Shown piece by piece: positions 34,841 to 38,799 of a stretch of DNA of 38,799 nt. The notes under the pieces are model-generated. The model was not told where the DNA came from. It worked only from the letters and a program-made list of their open reading frames with translations, and did no database searches. A program made the position numbers and the translations under genes. Location of the stretch: the NCBI GenBank assembly GCA_047519495.1, contig JAPVSX010000118.1, positions 1 to 38,799 on the forward strand. Reading direction: 5' to 3'. This DNA is from Armatimonadota bacterium (GTDB taxonomy: Bacteria; Sysuimicrobiota; Sysuimicrobiia; Sysuimicrobiales; Segetimicrobiaceae). The first letter of the stretch is position 1, and each line of letters opens with the position of its first letter.

Positions 34841-35826
34841 CCGGCGTCCGTGCCGCCCGCGCGGTCGCCGCTGCGCGCCGTCCTCCGGTCGGGGCCCTGG
34901 CGCTGGGCGCCGCGGTGCTCGCCACGGCACTCCTCCTCCCGCTCATCGCCAGCACGTATTACATCCGCCTGGTCACCGGCATCTTCATGTTCGGCGTGCT
35001 GGCGTCGGCCTGGAACCTGATCGGCGGTTTTACCGGATATGCGGACTTCGGAGGCGCGGCGTTCCTCGGCATCGGCGCCTACACGACCGGCATCCTGATG
35101 ACCCAAGCGCACGCGGCGTTTGCGGTGGCGCTCCTTGCGGGCTGCCTGCTTGCCGCCGCGGCCGCCGTGGGCATGGGCAGCCTCCTCCTGCGCCTGCGGG
35201 GGCACTACTTCGCAATCGCATCGCTCGGTTTCATGCTGGTCCTCCAGCAGCTCGCCGCGAACCTCGCCCTGACCGGCGGGGGGTCGGGCATGAACCTGCC
35301 CGTGGCCAGCAGCTTCACGACGTTCTACTACTGGATGCTCGCCGCGCTCGTCCTCGCGGTGGCGACGGCGCTCCTGCTGCCGCGGTCGCCGGTCGGGTAC
35401 GCGCTCGCCGCGATCCGCGAGAACCAGGACGCGGCGCAGGTCCTGGGGATCGAGCCGCTGCCGTTCAAGATCCTGGCCTACGCCGCAAACGCGGTCTTCT
35501 TCGGGGCGGCGGGCGGGATCTACGCGTACTGGTTCACGTTCATCGATCCGCCCACCGTCTTCAACGTGGACTTCACGATCCAGGCGATCGTCATGGCGAT
35601 CTTCGGGGGGCCGGGCACGGCCGTGGGGCCCGTCGTCGGCGCCGTAATCTTGCGGAGCCTCGACACGGTCCTGACGAACGTCTCGGTCTTTCTCCACAAC
35701 GTCTTCTTCGGCGGACTCATTTGCCTCCTCGTCCTCTTCGCCCCCCGCGGGCTCGCCGATCTCGTGCGCGCCCGGCGCGCGCTGCTCGAGGCGATCCGCG
35801 CCAATTTGACGGAGAGCCGCGTCTGA
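34837..35826 (+). CDS. livM: LivM-type ABC permease
   Basis: WNLIGGFTGY..FG.AAF.GIGAY, LRLRGHYFAI, AIRENQDAA, FGGPGT..GP. Confidence 0.9.
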   Translation: MTGVRAARAVAAARRPPVGALALGAAVLATALLLPLIASTYYIRLVTGIFMFGVLASAWNLIGGFTGYADFGGAAFLGIGAYTTGILMTQAHAAFAVALLAGCLLAAAAAVGMGSLLLRLRGHYFAIASLGFMLVLQQLAANLALTGGGSGMNLPVASSFTTFYYWMLAALVLAVATALLLPRSPVGYALAAIRENQDAAQVLGIEPLPFKILAYAANAVFFGAAGGIYAYWFTFIDPPTVFNVDFTIQAIVMAIFGGPGTAVGPVVGAVILRSLDTVLTNVSVFLHNVFFGGLICLLVLFAPRGLADLVRARRALLEAIRANLTESRV

Positions 35827-36656
35827 TGGCCCTCCTCGTCGGCCATGGGGTGACGAAGCTGTTCGGCCGCCTCGTGGCGGTGGACCACGTGGACTTCGCG
35901 ATCGAATCCGGCGAGGTCGTCGGCCTGATCGGGCCCAACGGCGCGGGCAAGAGCACCCTCGTCAACCTGATCACCGGGATGGAGGTGCCCTCCGCCGGCA
36001 CGCTCGAGTTCGAGGGGCGCGGGCTGGTCGGGCTCCGGCCGGCCGCAATCGCCCGGCTGGGGGTCGCGCGGACGTTTCAGATCGCCCAGCCGTTCCGCCA
36101 GATGACCGTGCGGCAGAACGTCGCCGTGCCGGCGCTGTTTCGCGCCGGCCACGCGCTCGGCGTAGGGGACGCGCTCCGCGAGGCCGACACGATCCTCGAG
36201 GCGGTGGGGCTCGGGGCCAAGCGCGCCCTTCCGGCGCGGACGCTGACCACTCCCGAGCTCCGGCGGCTCGAGCTGGCGAAAGCGCTCGCCCTGCGCCCCC
36301 GCCTGATGCTGCTCGACGAGGTGATGGCCGGCCTGACGCCCACCGAGGTGGACGATGCGATGGGGCTGCTGCGGCGGCTCAACGCACAGGGGATCACGCT
36401 CCTCGTGATCGAGCACGTCCTGCGCGCCGTGATGGGCCTGTCGCACCGGGTCATCGTGCTCCACCACGGGCGGAAAATCGCGGAAGGGTCCCCACCGCAG
36501 GTCACCGCAGATCCGGCCGTCATCGAGGCCTACCTGGGCGCCGCCCGAGGCCTCCCCCGCGCCGTGCCTCGGCCGGACCGGGCCGCGGACGCCGCCCAGG
36601 GCGCGCATCCGACAGGATCGCCGCCGGCGGGACTCGGACCGGGCGCTGCGCCGTGA
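35826..36656 (+). CDS. livG: LivG-type ABC ATP-binding protein
   Basis: [42 protein letters not shown]; about 38-aa low-complexity C-terminal extension. Confidence 0.9.
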   Translation: MALLVGHGVTKLFGRLVAVDHVDFAIESGEVVGLIGPNGAGKSTLVNLITGMEVPSAGTLEFEGRGLVGLRPAAIARLGVARTFQIAQPFRQMTVRQNVAVPALFRAGHALGVGDALREADTILEAVGLGAKRALPARTLTTPELRRLELAKALALRPRLMLLDEVMAGLTPTEVDDAMGLLRRLNAQGITLLVIEHVLRAVMGLSHRVIVLHHGRKIAEGSPPQVTADPAVIEAYLGAARGLPRAVPRPDRAADAAQGAHPTGSPPAGLGPGAAP

Positions 36657-37435
36657 CGTCCCCGGCGGGCGTCCCGGCTCACGCCGGAGGCTCCGGCCCG
36701 CCGCTCCTCCACGCGGAGCACCTCGACGCGGGCTACGGCGCGGTCCAGGTGCTGTGGGACGTCACGCTCGAGGTGTTCTCCGGCGAGGTCGTGGCGCTGA
36801 TCGGCCCGAACGGGGCGGGCAAGTCGACGTTTCTGCGGGCAATCTCGGGCCTGCTCCGGCCCCAGCGCGGCACGGTGACGTTTGCCGGCCGGGAGATCGG
36901 GCGCCTCGCTCCCGAGGAGATCGTGCGCCTGGGGATGGCCCACATCCCCCAGGGCCGCCGCCTGTTCGCCGACCTGTCGGTGCGCGACAACCTGTTGCTC
37001 GGGGCGTATGCCCGCGCCGACCGGGCCGCGGTCGCGGGCGATCTGGGACGCGTGGTCGACCTGTTTCCGGCGCTTGAGGGGCGTCTGGCGCTGCCGGCCA
37101 GCCAGTTGAGCGGGGGCGAGCAGCAGATGGCCGCCCTCGGGCGGGCGCTCATGGCCCGCCCGCGGCTTCTCCTCATCGACGAGCCGTCGTTGGGGCTGGC
37201 GCCGATCGCGGTCGCCTCGCTGATGGAGGTGGTCGACCGTCTCCGGTCGCAGGGCACGAGCATGCTCCTCGTTGAGCAGGACGTCGCGGTCGCGCTCGAG
37301 CACGCCGACCGCGGCTACGTGCTCGAGATGGGGCACGTCGTCCTCGAGGACATGGCGCCCGCGCTGCTCGGGAACCCGCGGATCCGGGCTGCCTACCTCG
37401 GACTCACGCCCTCCGGGGCCACCCCCGCCGGCTGA
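36653..37435 (+). CDS. livF: LivF-type ABC ATP-binding protein
   Basis: [49 protein letters not shown]. Confidence 0.92.
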   Translation: MTSPAGVPAHAGGSGPPLLHAEHLDAGYGAVQVLWDVTLEVFSGEVVALIGPNGAGKSTFLRAISGLLRPQRGTVTFAGREIGRLAPEEIVRLGMAHIPQGRRLFADLSVRDNLLLGAYARADRAAVAGDLGRVVDLFPALEGRLALPASQLSGGEQQMAALGRALMARPRLLLIDEPSLGLAPIAVASLMEVVDRLRSQGTSMLLVEQDVAVALEHADRGYVLEMGHVVLEDMAPALLGNPRIRAAYLGLTPSGATPAG

Positions 37436-37513
37436 ACACCCGGCACGGCCGGCGGGACCCGCCGGGATCACGCGGTCCGCTGCGCCGCGTTACCGAATCG
37501 GACTGCGCGAGCC

Positions 37514-38431
37514 TCAGACCTCCGCGGGCCGCCCCGCCAGCAGATAGCGCGACGGCAGCGGGTGGCCGAGGGCCTGCCCGAGCGACCGCGAGGCCTCCGC
37601 GACGGCGGCGAGATCCACGCCGGTCTCGATCCCCATCCCGTCGAGCATATAGAGGAGGTCCTCGGTCGCGAGGTTGCCGGACGCGCCGGGCGCGTACGGG
37701 CTGCCGCCCAGCCCGCCGGCCGAGGCGTCCACGGTGGCGATTCCGCAGAGGAGCGCGGCCAGCACGTTCGCCAGCGCCGTCCCCCGGGTGTCGTGAAAGT
37801 GGACGGCCAGCACGGAGCGCGGGAGGGTCTCACCGAGCCGCTCGATCAGCGCGGCCACCTCACCCGGGGTCGCCGCGCCGATTGTGTCGCCGAGCGAGAT
37901 CTCGTAGCACCCCATCTCGACCAGGGCCGCGGCGACCTGCAGGACCGCGTCAGGGGCCACCCGGCCGGAGTACGGGCACCACCACGCGGTGGAGACGTAC
38001 GCGCGGACGCGGCAGCCGCGCGGTTCCGCGAGGCGGAGGACCTCCCGGAACTGGACCAGGGACGGCTCGATCCCCATATTGATGTTGCGGCGGGCATACG
38101 CCTCGGAGGCCGCAGTGAACACGGCGACTTCCCTGAGCCCGCACGCGAGCGCGCGCTCCATCCCACGCCGGTTGGGCACGAGCGCGGAGAGGACCGGCCC
38201 CTGTACCCCGGCCAGCCTGCGGAACACTTCTTCGCTATCGGCCATCTGGGGGATGCGGTCCGGCCGGACGAACGCGCCGGCCTCGATCAGGGGGAATCCG
38301 GCCGCCGCCAGCCGCTTGATGAACGCGACCTTCACGTCAACCGGCAGCACGGCCTGCTCGTTCTGGAGGCCGTCCCGCGGACCGACCTCGACGACCCGCA
38401 CCCGCTTGGGCACCGCGGACAGCAGGGTCAC
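37514..38431 (-). CDS. Hydroxymethylglutaryl-CoA lyase family protein
   Basis: EVGPRDGLQNE, ISLGDTIG, HFHDTRG, GLGGSPYAPGASGNLATED (Ser at the usual Cys). Confidence 0.9.
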   Translation of the reverse strand: MTLLSAVPKRVRVVEVGPRDGLQNEQAVLPVDVKVAFIKRLAAAGFPLIEAGAFVRPDRIPQMADSEEVFRRLAGVQGPVLSALVPNRRGMERALACGLREVAVFTAASEAYARRNINMGIEPSLVQFREVLRLAEPRGCRVRAYVSTAWWCPYSGRVAPDAVLQVAAALVEMGCYEISLGDTIGAATPGEVAALIERLGETLPRSVLAVHFHDTRGTALANVLAALLCGIATVDASAGGLGGSPYAPGASGNLATEDLLYMLDGMGIETGVDLAAVAEASRSLGQALGHPLPSRYLLAGRPAEV

Positions 38432-38432
38432 G

Positions 38433-38799
38433 TCACGGCCCTCCGGCCGGCGGATCGCGGGCCGGCTCCGGCGGGCCGATCTCCGCCACGACGGCTCCAC
38501 CCTCGACCTGCTCGCCCGGTCGCACGCGGAGTGAGCGGACGACGCCGGCCCGGGTCGCACGGACGACGTGCTCCATCTTCATCGCCTCGACGATCACGAG
38601 CGGCTGCCCGGGGGCCACCGTCTCCCCCTCGCGCACGGCGACCTGCGTCACGACGCCCGGCATGGGCGCGCTGAGATCCTCGGCGCCGGCGTGGGCGCGG
38701 CCCGCCCGGCGCGCGGCCTCAGCGCCGGCCACCCGGTATTCGAGCGTTCGACCGTCCACGTGGAGCGCGCGGTCGCCGCCGGCGCCGGCGGCGGGCACC
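38433..38799 (-). CDS. Biotin carboxyl carrier domain (acyl-CoA carboxylase subunit, 5' end outside the window)
   Basis: LSAPMPG...EAMKMEH biotinylation motif. Adjacency to HMG-CoA lyase suggests 3-methylcrotonyl-CoA carboxylase. Confidence 0.88.
   Translation of the reverse strand, partial: VPAAGAGGDRALHVDGRTLEYRVAGAEAARRAGRAHAGAEDLSAPMPGVVTQVAVREGETVAPGQPLVIVEAMKMEHVVRATRAGVVRSLRVRPGEQVEGGAVVAEIGPPEPARDPPAGGP

Noticed and set aside
36235-36290. Degenerate ABC signature in LivG (LTTPELRR)
   Set aside because: LivG-type subunits often have divergent signatures; partner LivF has canonical LSGGE.
37401-37432. Additional repeat copy at the livF 3' end (gactcacgcc-ctccggggccaccccc)
   Set aside because: Only short partial similarity to families C and A; not distinguishable from chance in GC-rich DNA.

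Overview
Very GC-rich bacterial chromosomal window with a Terrabacteria-like gene order. No transposase, integrase, phage, rRNA, complete tRNA or CRISPR array was seen. Left to right: (1) a four-gene MacB/LolCDE-type ABC locus whose last gene fuses a permease N-terminus to an AttH/CrtC-like lipocalin domain; (2) the housekeeping run recG-rsmD-coaD-(coiled-coil)-yceD-rpmF-plsX-fabH-fabD-fabG-acpP-fabF-rnc-HIT on the minus strand, divergent from rpmB; (3) a TPP-riboswitch-controlled thiamine salvage operon (thiZ/X/Y-like ABC, ylmB-like deformylase, tenA, thiW, small HMA protein, thiM, thiE, thiL), followed by thiD and hslO; (4) PurM/HypE-like protein, small Lrp/AsnC ligand-binding protein, Gfo/Idh/MocA + DegT pair, SRPBCC protein and DRG-like TGS GTPase; (5) a liv-type ABC operon converging on an HMG-CoA lyase-like gene and a truncated biotin-carrier gene. 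Three observations stand out. First, a probable selenoprotein (HMA domain, CxxU via in-frame UGA with a SECIS-like hairpin) lies inside the thiamine operon. Second, a MacB-type permease appears split into two complementary halves encoded by different genes. Third, three families of short (about 28-31 bp) dispersed repeats fall mostly in-frame inside or at the ends of housekeeping proteins. All calls are from motif recognition by eye; no database searches were run.
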